The position numbers and the translations under genes are program-made. A stretch of 64,000 nucleotides of DNA from positions 434,001 to 498,000 of the forward strand of contig CAUYUJ010000159.1 in NCBI GenBank assembly GCA_963575745.1, given 5' to 3'. Source of the DNA: Prorocentrum cordatum. Lineage: Eukaryota. The notes under the pieces were generated by a model. That model made no database searches, was not told where the DNA came from, and saw nothing but the letters and a program-made list of their open reading frames with translations. Positions 11,704-25,332 of this stretch are shown piece by piece. The first letter of the stretch is position 1, and every line of letters starts with the position of its first letter.

Positions 11704-13974
11704 AGGGGTCGGCCCTGTGCGAGAGTGGCGGAGGAGTAAGAAGCAGCCCATCGGACATGCCGACCCTGTGCGAGGAGTGGCTGAGGAGGCGGACGAGTAA
11801 GAGGTAGCCCTTCGGACCCTCAAGTCTACGTTTCTTTCGGGCCCTCAGTTTTGGAGCCACCCAGGGCGTCATGGAGCATCTCGTGCCATCTTGGGGCGCC
11901 CCGAACATGTTTTGACGCAGTTGTCCTTCGGACCTGCACATTGCTCCGCCGAATATTCGGTTTCGGGCATGCCGACCCTATGCGAGGCGTGGTTGAGGAG
12001 GCGGACGAGGCGTCAAGGAGCGATCTCGTGCCATCTTGAGACGCTCTGAACATGATTTGACTCAGTAGTCCTTCGGAGCTGCACATTATTCCAGATATCC
12101 GCTTTAGGAAACTTCACAAGCCTGCGCCTCCGGATGCCTGCCGCAATATCTGGCGCAATTATCCCTCGGACCCGCGCGAACTATTCCTCGTATTCGGTCT
12201 GGAGCATGTCAGACATGAGCGAGAAGTGGCGGAGGCGGCGGCGGAAGATGAAACTGTAACGCATCGGACCCTCAAATTTACTCAGCGCTCGGGTCCTCCA
12301 GCGTGGAGCCACCCAAGGCGCACTGGAGCGATCCGGTGCCCTCTTCGCATGCGATGATCATGCGTTGCCCACGCCAAGGTGATTTCGCTATGTTCCGTTC
12401 TTGTTTCAAAGCACTGGTGAAGGCCTCCCGACGCATCGAGCCCACGATTCGTTCATTGGTTCGGCAGAGCCCCTGCATGCTTGACTTTCCAACCCCACCA
12501 AAAGTGGCTTCAAACACACGTCCCGTGCCACGTCCTCCCCTCGGGCGGCCACCTGACTCCCCAGCTGCCCAAGCGCGGTTGCCGACGTGCACGGCAGAGA
12601 AAGTGGATACATTGCCTCCTCCTCGTCCTCCTCCTTTTGTTACTATTTCTTCTCCTACTCCTCTTTCTGCCGTTATCCTTCCTGCTTCCTGCAAACCAGC
12701 ATACTCTATGAGCCCCCGACGCAGGTTTTGGGCAAAGCGGCGAGAAGGTGCTGCGCATTCTCCTCCGAGCGCGGGGGGGGGGGCGGATCTGGCGCCCACG
12801 TGCTCGAGACTTGAGCGTGCACACCTTTCGGGTTCTCTGTCGTCGCCCCCCCCCCTCCTCCTTTCAGGGCACATCTCACTCCACTCACCGTTGCCCCCCT
12901 ACTGGAACAGGGAGTGAGCGGAGTCCACACAAGCTCCTCCCTGCCTGGGTTTCGGTCCTGTACCTCTCCAGCCCCCTCCAGCCCCCAGCAAACCTCATAC
13001 ATCGCCCTGCTCTTCCCCCTGTGATGCGATACAATATTGTCGCGTATCCTGCGGGTAAAACATTTTGTCGTATCCCACTGCCCCCATCGCTTCCTACTGC
13101 CGGGGACGACGCCGCACGCACGCCATCATCGATGTCGTGCCTGTCGCCAGCTTGAGCCCTACGTTCGGGCTCACTCGAAACCCACGCGGTGCTCACGAAA
13201 TCAGATCGGGCCGGCCTGCCCAATATCCTCTCGATACAACTCTTTTACCCTCCATTGCACTAGGGACCAGTTGGGCTTGTGGCATCCGATGTACTGAACT
13301 TGGGTTTGCTTGTTGGCTCCAGAATCTTATAGACATCCCTTGCAGTTCTCGGACATGCACTGGTGGACTGCATTGTCGACTCCGAGTCTGTACAGCATCG
13401 TCGTTTGCTGTTCTCTATGGGAGGCGTTCTGGCACACTCGACTCCAAGATCGCAGTGTGACGATATCACTGTGCGTGCAATATCTAACGAACACCCATCG
13501 CCGACACCATCATCTCCGACATCAACATTTCCGACGCCGCATCTGCATCGACTGCGCAATCGCTGAGATGTGTACGTCGTGGTCCGCACGAACACACGAA
13601 ACCGCGGGACAGAGACCCCGACAGCCAGCTGAGCGATCCCAGAGCTTACCAGGCTGGACGACTGCTGGGCGCCGTTGTCCATACTCCTGTTCTTCCCCCT
13701 CGCTGGCGGTGCTTGTGCTCGAGACCAGCCGCCGCCTGCAGCGCGACTGAGTGGAAGGAGAGAGAGAGAGAGAGAGCGGAAGAGAGGTCCGACGGGTCCA
13801 AACACCCAGGGGCTGCCCATCGAAGGTAAACGTTCGTCACCCCGGCCTGGGCCATCCTCTGCCCGTGGCCAGCGGCACGGCACCACCTAGAATTATCCGG
13901 GCAAAGAACCCAATCCTTTCTAACTAACCACAAAACGGCTACAAGCAGGACCGCTGAACACGCAAGGACATTGT

Positions 13975-14910
13975 AACCCCACGAAACGAGTGAGCGATGT
14001 GCCCAAATGTGGCGAGGCGCCATGCGGACCCTGCCACTGGGGCATTCGGTGGCGATCCCGTTTGGGCCACGACATGTGCGCGGGGTGTGCCAAACAGGGT
14101 GGGCTACCATGCGGACGCAGCTAATGGGGACGTCGGAGGAGCTTCTGATGGGGCCATGAAACGTGCGACGGGTGTGCCAAAATGGACTCGAGTCACCATA
14201 CGGACGCAGCCACTAGGGCCTTCGGTGGAGCTCCTATGGGGCCAAGAAGCGTGTGCGAAGGGGGGGGGGGGGGGGGGGCAAAATGGACCCAAGCCACTAT
14301 GCGGACGCAGCCATTGGGGCCGTCGGTGGAGCTTCCTTTTGGGGCCATCGTGCGAGGAGTGTGCCAACATGGACCCGAGTCACCATGCGGACGCAGCCAT
14401 TGAGGCCTTCGGTTGAGCCCCGTCTGGGGGGCCACGAAGCGTGTAAGGGGTGTCCCAGCAAAAGGGGGGGTAGTCACCATGCGGACGCAGCCACTCAGGC
14501 AGTCACTGGGGCCTTCGGCGGAGCTCCCTATGCGGCCACGAACTATGAAAAAAATTCGCCGAAATCGGGCGGGGTGGCATCACGCGACCGCTGCCACTGG
14601 AGCCGTCGGTGGAGATCTGACGGGGCCACGAAACGCGGGAGGGTGTGCCAGAAGGAACCGAGTCACCATGTGGACACTGCCGCTGGAGCCTTCGGTGGAG
14701 GTCCCCCCTGGGCCACGAAACTTGTGAGGGGTGTGTGCCAGCAGAGGCCCGAGACGCCATGCGGACGTAGCCACTGGTGCCTTCGTTGGAGCTCCCTGTG
14801 CGGCCGCGAATCGTGCGAGGGGTGTGCCAGAAAGGCCGCGAGCCACCTTGCGGACGCAGCCATTGCCACTGGGACCTTCGGTGGAGCTCCCTACGGTACG
14901 GGGCCACGAG
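13975..14910 (-). repeat. Same 88-bp minisatellite family in inverted orientation
   Basis: accatgcggacgcagccactggggccttcggtggagctccc...gggccacgaa repeated about 10 times; reverse complement of 10970-11703. Confidence 0.88.
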
Positions 14911-15474
14911 GAGAAGGGGGAAACGAGGGGCAGGAGGGAAGGGGAGGAAATAGAAGAGGTAGGGGCGAGGGCGGAGCAGAGGGGAGGGGCCCTGCGTGTG
15001 GGTGGGGGGGGGGGCGGCGGCGGCGATCCTCGGAGTCTGGCTCCGCCAGGAACGTCCGCACCTGAGCGCGGGGTGCCACCGCCGCGTCCCCGTGAGGTCC
15101 GCCAATCCCGCGCGCGGTGCCGCGAGAGGCGCGGCGCGCGCGCAATAGCGCGCGAGCGTATCCTCGCACCACCGAGGTCGAGGGATTGGGTCTAGCATGA
15201 GGATGGAGGATGATCTGGGGACGCAACGAGGAGAGACAAGAGAGGAAACAACAAGCTCGGTTGTTCCCGCGCCGCATCTGACATCCTACTCTTCCCACCG
15301 ATCCCTGCCCATTGCGCGTTTGTTTCGCTATCCGCGGGCGCGTGCCGTAACGGACCTGCAACTCCCCAAACGACCCCATCGTGTTCTGCGCAATCGGAAA
15401 AAAGGGGGACTGCGTGCGTAGGAGGAGGAGGAGGAGGAGGTGGCAGATGAGCAGGAGGGCGAGCAGGAGTGAAA

Positions 15475-15577
15475 TGACGACGACAACAACAACAACAACA
15501 ACAGCAACAGCAACAACAACAGCAACAGCAACAACAACAACAACAACAACACCAACGCCAACACCAACAACAACAAT

Positions 15578-15608
<31 letters not shown>

Positions 15609-15637
15609 CCAACACCAACAACAACAACAACAACAAT
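15475..15637. repeat. (AAC)n microsatellite; a second AAC/ACC tract lies at 16407-16546
   Basis: Seen directly. Confidence 0.92.
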
Positions 15638-18600
15638 CATTTAAGACTGGGGACACTCCGTTCTCACCAGTGCCAGGGTTTTCATAGGAGGCGGGCAATA
15701 CCCCCACTTTGTGGGGGGGCCGGTTCAAGCTCTACCAAATTTCCAAACGACTCTTCGCCACCACCCACACCCAGCTTCCCGCCCTATGACGTTCGGACAC
15801 TTCACTTCGTGGCATGCGGACGACCGTGGCTACTATTCAGGGCCCCGCGGCCGACGACGACGGCGTGCGCGCGCGAAGAAAAAACGAATGTGTCCAATAT
15901 GGTATTATTTGACAGGGATGATGGCCCTGGCATGCGCGCAACCGTTGTTGCAGAAGTTCGAAGCACGTGAAAAAGTTGCTCGCAAGAGCCCGTTTGACAG
16001 AAATGTTGAAAAAATATTGGGTTTCCTCAGAAATCCGCAAGAGCGCGCAAGATGAATTTTTGAAACTTTTTTTTGAAAAACCATTGGGTTTTTCATGTTT
16101 TTATGTTAAAATCGCTACGAAAACTAAGGTTTTGGAAGGATTCCATCTTGCGCGCGCGAGTGTGCACTTCGTGTCATTTATTTAAAAAGGATTCTTGAAG
16201 TTTGGTTATGTTAGAACAAGAAATTTCATTTTATAGTGTTTTTTGCAAGGGAAAGCGGGCGTCAACAAAACAACCGGATCCGGACACCCACGTTTTGCCT
16301 GAGACTTCCTCACGAAAATGATGAAAATGTGGCTGCGGCCTAGGCGCGGCGGGGGGGGCGCGCACCAGGGGTCCCAACAATAATTATTCTTTAGAATTAA
16401 TAATGTTCAACAACAACAACAACAACACCAACACCAACACCAACACCAACACCAACACCAACACCAACACCAACAACACCACCAACAACAACAACACCAA
16501 CAACAACAACGACAACAACAACAACACCACCACCACCAACAACAACCTAACTGGAGTGAAGGAGCGGGAAGAGCAGGAGAACCAGGGAAGAAGATGGATG
16601 AGGAGGAGTGAACGGGAGGGGGCGACACCGATGAGGAAACACTCGGATCCCAAAGAGTGGTCCGAGCTGGGGCGAGAGCGGCATTCTGAGCGGCAAGAAC
16701 AACATCGCGATCCTAAAACTAAGGCCAACGCTGAAACGGAATCGCCAATTTTGGAAGGACCTAGACAGCTCGGATTGGGAAACAACAGTATGGAAGCCAA
16801 CTCGGAACAATACTCTGGTGAAGCAACATATGCGGAGGGGGGTGCGACACTCTCAACCCATCTTCGGGGGAGAGAGGGGAGTCGTATTCATATTGTGTAA
16901 CTGTGGGGAGGGGGAGGATCGAATATGGAGGAGGGAAAAACACAAATGACGTGACGACGGCTTTCTCGTGCTCTCTGCGATTCTCATGCGGAGGCGAACC
17001 GTCACGACAGCAAGGCGCGGATCATCTAGCATAAACAAAGCATAAACAAACACGAGCTCAAACAAATCTCAATTTGCCTGAGTTGTGTAGATCCCCCCCA
17101 CAAGAAATAGGGTACCTTACATTTCCTCAGATGAAATGGACCGTGTGGTCGGTCTGGCGGTTGTGTCTTCGCCGTCGCCGCCCTGTCACCGCCGTTGGAT
17201 TGCACCACGTAGGCTATACGAACACCAGGTTTGCGTCTGTGCCCCGTTTTTTTTGATCGCTCACAACATGGACGACTGCAACAGAGATGCTGCACAACAA
17301 AACAAGCACCGCACACAATACGCAACAAGTGACGCACATCCATTTACAGCGCGCAGTACATATTGCACGATACAAGTTGGGCCACATAGATTGCAAAACC
17401 ACATTGCTTACATACCAATATCGCACCAGCAAATATTGCACCACATGTTTCCGTTTTAACAAAAATAATATCTGGATATGACCCCAACCCCGGGGATCAC
17501 TTATTTCTTCCGTACTGCACCTTGCGTATGATTCCGTCCCGTTGCTCATCCCATATGTGAATTTACCTTCCCAAGTAGGCCGGAGTTCGCCGCGCGGTCG
17601 CCCTGTTGCGAATGCTGTGGGGAACCAGGGGCTTTCAACACTTTCATAGAATATTTCCAAACTCGCCTCTCGAGCGCGCGTCGAAATCGTTCGAACGCAT
17701 ACTGCACGCGTGCTATCGGGACCCAACGCACGCGCGCGCGCGTCGTCGCGCGCGCATGCCGGAATCGTCCGAAAACCGAGGTGTCGTAAGGATTTCAAAC
17801 TATAGGGTCCCGAAAACAAATGAAACCAAATGGTTTTGCAACATCCACTTTCAAGAAAACATGCGCTCGCGTTTTTTGCGGGTTCTTTCTTGTTGTAGTA
17901 ACAAGCGATGGAAAAAAAAACAACAACAAAACATTTCCACATTTGCAATGCATTCTGCCAAATGGGCCTCTCGCATCGCATGTCGGACTCATCTGAACGC
18001 CCGCGCGCGCGTGCTGAGGGGGGCCACAACCCGTGGCGAATAATACCACGCGGGCCAATCGTGCGCGTCGGCCGCGCGCGCATGTCGAACTCCTTCCAAA
18101 ATCTTCATCGTCGACGCGAGGACATCGTCATCGTTATCGGCGGGCGCGATCACCATCGGCGCTTTCAGTGGCCTTGCCGTCGTCATCGCCACCTGAATCA
18201 CCATCGCTACTCTCATAATCGTGTCTACCGTTGTCGGCGTCGCCATGATACCGCGCCCGCCCAAGCCACCGACTCGCACCGACGTGCCCATGAGAATGTG
18301 CCCAGCGGTCAGCGCCACCGCGGCTACGTCGGTCGCGCCAAACTCGGTGGCCTGGCCGCTGCGCGGGCGAGCCTGCGCGGGCTAGCGCGGCGCAGAGATG
18401 CACCAGCCAAAGCCAAGCACTCATCGAAATCGCCGCCGCATGGCCTTTGCAAACCAAATTGCGGGTGGGGTCATCGGAGCCCGCCAAATTATCCAACTCT
18501 GGACGGGCAGACATTGAACCTGAAGCGGGCCGGTTGGAGTGCAGGGGTCTGTCGGGGTACTTCCTGGAACGGCCGAGGGCCGTCTCGGGGCTCGACGGGG

Positions 18601-20247
18601 GGCGCCTGGGGAGCGCCAGGGAGGCTCGCGGGATCCAGGGCGAGCGCGGATGGGGCCACGGAGAGGCGCGGAAGACCACGGGCGGCGGTGCCAGGTCTTG
18701 GTCTCCCATGAGCTGTCTTGGGGAAATGCAAGATGGCACGCAGGAGCAGGTAGGAGTCAGTACACACCAACACGAAGGGGAGCACACCTACATGGGCATT
18801 CATGGAAAAATGGAGACGACCAAAAACTGCCAGGGCATCTGCGCAACGGAACATGGGGCTCACAAGAACTCAGTGGACGAGCGTGGGTGTGGCGTATCTG
18901 GACCAATGACAATGCCAAATCATCAAGAAACCCAGCGTTCAAATCTGGAAGACATCTTCAGTGATGCATTTGCTGTCCCGGAATTGGGGGCTCGAGAGAC
19001 AGAAGCACCCGTCACGCGAGCGTGAGGCGGCTCAAACCTTCAATAGACCTATCGAAATCGCTCGAATTGTTTCCAAACATGCGTGCAGAAAAGACACACA
19101 GGATCATCACTTGGACACAGGAATGTCTGGATCGAGGGCAGATAAATGATAGAACTGCTCCAATTCCACCTCCAGCCCTTAGCTTCTGAAACTGTCTGAC
19201 CATAGACAACTTCTTTGTTTGTTGTTTCGCCACCACCCCAGAGCCGGTAATTGAACCCTCACACGCTATGTTGAAAAACATGTATGGCGGTATTGCAGTC
19301 TTGAGGTTTTCTGGTCGCTTTCGAATCTGCATGGCACGCTTTGGGAAGCCCTGCGATGAGGGGGCGGTCATGGAGGGGGGTTCGTCCCTTGCCCTGAATC
19401 TCGCGAGACCCCCTAGTCTGGGGAGGCGAACTACGGTGCAACGATGTCTGGCAGCCCACGGATCCTCCTGCCGCATCCGCCTCTCGGAGCTCGGTGTGGG
19501 AGGTCGCCAAACTGACGCGACCATCGGCGATCTATGCCAATGCCCTATATTCTCTTTATTCGCGATGCGTTGGACTTGCTGGGTCCAAAAAATCAAGGTA
19601 AAAGCACCAACCCCGAGAAGCTCTTCTCTCGCGACGCCGTCATCTTCGGTGTCATCGCCGACGCCGTCGTTATCACCCTGCTCCTACTCCTCCCTCCTGA
19701 GCGCGTGGCAGGACACTTTAAGACTCTTGGGCACTCTTGGGATCCTTCTGAGGATATCTTGGCGCCTTACTGGTCCCCTTTTGGGCTCTCCTGGGGCACT
19801 CTCGCTCCCAGGACTCACATGGCATCGGGCTTAGCGTCATACCTTCTGGGGCCCGAAAGAATTGTAAGCTATAACATGTTGCAGTTGTTCCAACGAGAGG
19901 TCCTTCGCACATCGGGGGTCTTGCATGTTGGGTGGCTGGGGCCCCTCCGAAATTGCTTCCGATCGTAACTTCAAGATATCCTGGTTGTGTTGGCCTCTTG
20001 GTGGCTGATTTGGACTGTCGGGGGCCCAACTTTTAGTCGATTTCTCGTCGGCCTTCAACCCTTCGGAAGCTTCTCCTTGACTTCGGGCTCTGGTGGGGCG
20101 CTTTTGGGTCCTGGGGCCCCAAGATATGGATTAGAGAATGAATACCTTCAGGGGGATCTCCTGCCCGAGACACCCGATCTCATGTTCTGTTCAATGCGGT
20201 GTCCCCCGACGTCGCGACCCTTCCCCTCGGACCGGGTGTTCATCCTT

Positions 20248-21033
20248 ACTCCGCCAACCCCCGCTTGCCAGGGGTGAGAAGGCGTGTGAGATGATTGGCT
20301 ATCCCCCTCTCTCTTTCCCCCCCCCCTAGGGCTCACAATCGCAGTCGAGGGGGGGCGGCTGGGGGAGGGCACCTCCCCGGATGCTCCCCGGAGCCTCCAA
20401 AGAGCCGCGTCGAGACGGCCCAGGGTAACCCCGCAACGATCCCAGATGGTTTCAAGACGGCCTACGGTGCTCTCAAGACGGCCCACGAGTGCTCCCAAAG
20501 GGCCGCCGAGAGAGAACGTTTTCGACATACACGCCTTTTTCACTCCAGCCACCGTCCAAGGTCCAGGTCCACTACGGCCCAAGGAGCCCCTAAGATCGTA
20601 CCAAGACGGCCCATGCGGCCCCCGATAGGGCCCAAGACGGCCCTAGAAAACCCAAGAGAGCTTAAGAGGGTCCCAAGACGACCCAGGAGGGCCTCAAGAG
20701 GGCCCAAAGAGGGGCAATACGAACTGACATCTAGAGTCTTTCCCGACGTCCGCCGTGATGGCCCCAAGAGCACCCCCAGTGATCCCCGAGGCGCTCCCAA
20801 GAGGCCACAAGAGGCTTCCAAGAGGCATCCACGAGGCCCCCAAGAGGGCCCCTAGAGGCCCCCAAAAGCCAATCAGATGATCCCAAGAGCTCTCTAGAAG
20901 GGCCCCTGAGAGGCATCCCAGGGATCATCATATGCATCCCCGAGGCTCCTGACCTACAGGCCAGGCACGGTGGCACGACGCTTGACGAATTCGCTTATTT
21001 GGGGGTCGGCGGAATGGCGTAAGCCTCTTGAAT
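20248..21033 (+). mobile_element. Non-autonomous element with Helitron2/Helentron-like ends
   Basis: 5' actccgccaacccc is the imperfect inverse of 3' gggggtcggcggaat (21001-21015), which is followed directly by hairpin ggc-gtaa-gcc; interior of ccaaga repeats. Confidence 0.55.
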
Positions 21034-22199
21034 AACTGTTTTTGCGAGCCTGGCCAAGAGAAGCCCCCTGAGGCCTACAGCGATCGGAAACACACCGTCC
21101 TCGTGTTCGAAACTGAACGTTGGATCCGTCTTGGGGGCCTGGAAGGTCATCTCGGAGGCCTCTTGGGCCCGCCCAGGATCGTCGGACGCGTTGAAGGGCT
21201 CTCGACGTGAGAGACCCTGAAGGCGAGTTGAACTTTCCGAGCTTGACCACTTGTGGGAGGCCTCTGGGACAATCCCGCCGTCGTCTGGGGGGCTTCTTGG
21301 TGGCCTCGTGAGGCCATTTGGGCCCTCATGGGGCGATCGTGAGAGCCGGTGTTGAAGGTGTCGAAGCTCGGAAGAACGAGACCGCTACGACGATTGGAAC
21401 CGTAAAAAACAATGCCTTTTTTACTTCCACCCCTCATGCGACGAATTTTCGCTTTGAGCACACAGCCGTGACAAACAAATAGGCGACTTGGTGTGAGGTT
21501 GGAATCTGCCATCCCCCAAATATTCCTGACATCGGCAGGCGGCCTGCGCGATCCCACGGGGTTATCCAGGTCACCCTCCGCTTACGTCGGCCGCTCAGCG
21601 GGACGCTCCACGACGGCGGGAGCTGAACCACCGTCAACCACACTTGAGAATCAGCCTCCAATATCTTGTCGTCCGCAAGACTAGCCCCCCCCCACAGAAA
21701 CGGGCACTCGTGGTTGTCACATGGGGCTGCGGCAACGGCGAAGCCGCAGCTCCCCCACCTCCACGTGCGAGAGAGCGCCCAAAGTAACAAACATCCACTG
21801 CTCTAGCGTGGGGATCGTTCGCCACCGCCGGCCGAGCTCTTGCCATCGCTCGGACGTCCATTCCCCGTGCATTTGTTGGTTTCGTGCGTGCTTGTTTGCA
21901 AGATGATCTATGATGCTCCTCGATGGTCCTCGCCGAACACGCACACGTCCGAGAGATGCCAAGACAGAGATCACTCACGGGTGCTCTGGATCTGCCACGA
22001 GAATGTCTGGTTCGTCGTCGCTTTCACTGGCCCCTGAATCACGAGTCACTCGACTGTACTCCGCCTGATTCCTGCGACGTCTCGGACACGGCCACGACCG
22101 CCACGGGTACCGCCATGACCAGGTTCGGGCGCACGCCACTACAGTCAGGTGAAAATTGTTGGTATAGTTTTTCAAGCGAATGTCAACACATCCGAAGCG

Positions 22200-22475
22200 C
22201 GTGTGCACATGCACACGCACGCGCGCGCGCTCAGGATGAGGCTCGGGTTCGGGCTCGGTCTCCAGCTCGCGCTCGGGGTCGGGCTCGCGCTCGGGCTCGC
22301 GCACTGCCTGAGCTTGCCCGCGCGCGCACACGCGCCTTGACACGCACGAGCGCGCACGAACATGCACACGCGCACGAACGCGCACGAACGCGCAAACGCG
22401 CACACGAGCACGCTCGCGCACGCTCGCGCACGCTCAGGCACGCGCGCACGCGTATGTGCGCGCGCGCACGCGGAC
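22200..22475. repeat. CG/CA-rich low-complexity tract; short tandem repeats follow at 22545-22835
   Basis: Runs of gcac/gcgc and gggctc; then repeated ttttaccaggga...tccagcag units. Confidence 0.75.
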
Positions 22476-23988
22476 TGCATCCGGTCGAGGGCGAGGCGTG
22501 AGGCCTTGCACCCTCCCAACCTTCTTTATATTTCTAATGTCCTAAGCGGGGTGTGGCTCCAGCGCCGCGCCCAACTTTTACGAGGGAAATGGCTCCAGCA
22601 GACTATGCCGTCAAGAAGGGTGGGCTCCAGCACACACTTTTTACCAGGGACTACGGTTCCAGCAGCCCACGCAGTGGGCTCCAACGACCAATTTTGACGA
22701 AGGAAGGTGGTTCCAGCAGATCATGCCGTCAAGAAGGGTGGGCTCAGTACCCAATGTTTACCAGAGACTCTGGTACCAGCAGCCCACGGCGTGGGTTCCA
22801 GCACCCAATTTTGACCAGAGAGAGCCGCTCCAGCAAATGATGCCGACAAGACGACAAGGCCGTCGTCCGAAAAAGCAGCTAGAGCGTCTCGCGCTGCAGC
22901 CAGGAACCCTCCTACAGTCTGTCCAAACAAAAACACCTACAACAATTTCACCAAACTGGAGTAACATGGATTACCGATCCGTGGATCTGGCGCGTGGGCG
23001 CCAGATCCCATGGACCAGGGAACACAACCCCCGAAACATGGGGCCAATGTCGCCTCTCTCGGCGACGGCGCGCGCCGATGCTGTACAGGAGCATGGCCCG
23101 TCGCTAATCCGCGCGCCTAGGCCCCCGATAGCGATTCTGTGCGCTCCTGGGCGGGGTGGGGCTGTCGGGCCCCCATCGGCGATGAATGGGCGACTGGTGG
23201 TCGATGCACCTCCTCCTGAGCCTGTCCCCCCACTAACGTTGCCCCCTGGTTTCTGGGTCACAGCCCGGCTCTGCGGCGGCCGTTCGGGCCGATCCGGGCA
23301 CCACGGGAAAGCTCTCGGTGAAGCGCAGCCGCTGCAAGGCATCCCGAGGCTGGAAAGCCCACGGGAACCGACAAGAACACGGCGCCTCCTCCTCGACGAC
23401 GCCGCCTGACGGACGCCTCCTCGCTCCGACGCCGCCACCGCCCCCCGCCTCCTCCTCCTCCTCGACGCCTCCTCCTCTCGGGCATGCGCTGACATGGATT
23501 ACTCTGGCTTTCTTAATAAGCGTGGGGGTGCACCCGCCCGACGGGGGTCAACCTCGCCTCGTCGTCGGGGTCGGAGCGCCTTCGGCGCGCGGTGGCTGCC
23601 CGCGACGGGGTTCGATGCGGGGCTGTTGGCGGGGGTGACGCCCCCACCCCCCGACGCTTATTCAAAAACTCGGAGTAGGGATCCGTGGATCTGGCGCGTG
23701 GGCGCCAGGTCCACGGAGCGGGACAGGTCCTCCCCCCAGAGGTGAGGCAAGTGCCGCCCGACTTGGCGAAGCAGTCGCCAATCCACGCGTTGCTCGTCCA
23801 TGTCTGCGTTCCTCGATCCTCGCCGCCGCCGCCGCCCCCGTCCGCGGCGCGGCTGCGGGCACGCGCGGGGGGGGGGACCCTGACCGACCTTCCAGAGACC
23901 AACAAAATAGCCCTCCAGACCTACAGGCCTATCTGGACTGCCTTGGAACCTCCACAGGAATTCAAATAACGGATCATGGTGCTACTTT

Positions 23989-24147
23989 TAGGGGAACGGA
24001 CAATGGCATAAACAGAAAAACTCGGAAATCCGCGAAGATTTCTCGGATCCGCGCTGGAGCCCCCTGGCGGCACCTCCGGCGCCGCCCCTGGCCCGCTCCG
24101 CGCGCCAGGCCCGCGCGGACCTCCGAATCCATCATGCTTGCTCCCCA
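23989..24147. mobile_element. TAGGGGAACG-family MITE, degenerate copy; another copy at 24579-24764
   Basis: taggggaacgga...ccgcgcggacctccga...tgctcccca; shares the internal inverted ctcggaggtccgcgcggatttct motif with 30945-31140. Confidence 0.6.
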
Positions 24148-25332
24148 ACGTGGAACCTCGACAGGAACTCAGATGGCGAGGACCTGGCGCTACTCAGGGA
24201 ACCGAACTCTATCCACCGACGCATTTTCCGGCCCTGCGCTGAAACTTGCGCAGGAAAGCGGATCCTGGTGTATACGGGGCCTTGGTGTACACATATTCCG
24301 TTGGTCCTTGGGCAAACGGATCGACGTCGGCCCCGACCCTCACAAAGTCCTAGGATTGAAAAACAGCCCGCCCTCGCGAACAAAAGGTCAGGGGGAGGGG
24401 CGGCCTGCACCAGGCCCTGCTCGCGGCGCGCCGAGGCCTGCGGGGAGCCGAGGGGCGCGGCGCCGGGGGGGGGAGGAGAGCCGGGGTGCGGCAGCGCACG
24501 CCGCGGTGGGCAGCCACGCCCGAGCCCTCCTCGTGCAGGTCCGACTTCTGGAGCGACGGCCGGGGCTCAGGGTCCGCACATGGGGAGCGAAGAATGGCAC
24601 GAAGCAGAACAACTCGGAGGTCCGCGCGAATTTCTTGGATCGGCGCTGGACCCCCCTCCCGGGCGGGCGGGGCGGCGTGGGAGGCACCGCCAGGGGCGGC
24701 GCGGATCCGAGAAATCCGCGCGGACCTCCGAGTTTCTATGTTTATGTCATTCTTCGTACCCCTACCGAAATGTCTGCAGACAAGGGAGGTCCAGCGCAGA
24801 TGTCCGACACCCTGGCGCCGATGGGACCCGCAGGGGGTGGGGTTCGTAGTGGGTCGCAGACCAAAGCCCTCCTCCTCCTGCTCCTCCTGCCCCAGACATC
24901 CCCGCGTCGCGGAAATAATTATCACGATTGAGCCCCTTTGGCTATTTAGAAGGACCTCTGGGGGCGCATGCCAGGCCCCAAGACCGTCAGGCACCTACGT
25001 GAAGCCGGTCCCAGGGACACGAGGAACAAAACACGGCAGAAGCAGAACTTTCGGAGTTCTGCGCGGATTTCTCGGATCGACTACTGCGGGTTCATGTCGT
25101 CTTGGCCCCAGCGTCGCGTCGTGACACCGCGGGGATCGTTCGACCTTGAACGATCGGCCGTTTCCTAAACCTCAGATCCTTCAACATCGACCGATTCTGG
25201 AACGCCGGCGGCGGGGTCGCCACCGGTCGACAAGACGAGGACCTACCGTACCCTGGCGACCCGCCAGGGGGTCCCCAGCGCCGACCTCCGAAGTCCGCGC
25301 GAACCTCCGGGAGCTTCTGTCTGTGCCGAGAA

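Noticed and set aside
12278..13600. Possible decayed retroelement coding remnants (also 18700-20160 and 21035-22150)
   Set aside because: Protein-like in places, but no diagnostic motif could be identified by eye.
10970..14910. CRISPR-like appearance of regularly spaced repeats (also 4556-5190 and 46900-47360)
   Set aside because: Whole units are homologous and degenerate, there are no unique spacers or cas genes, and the context is eukaryotic.
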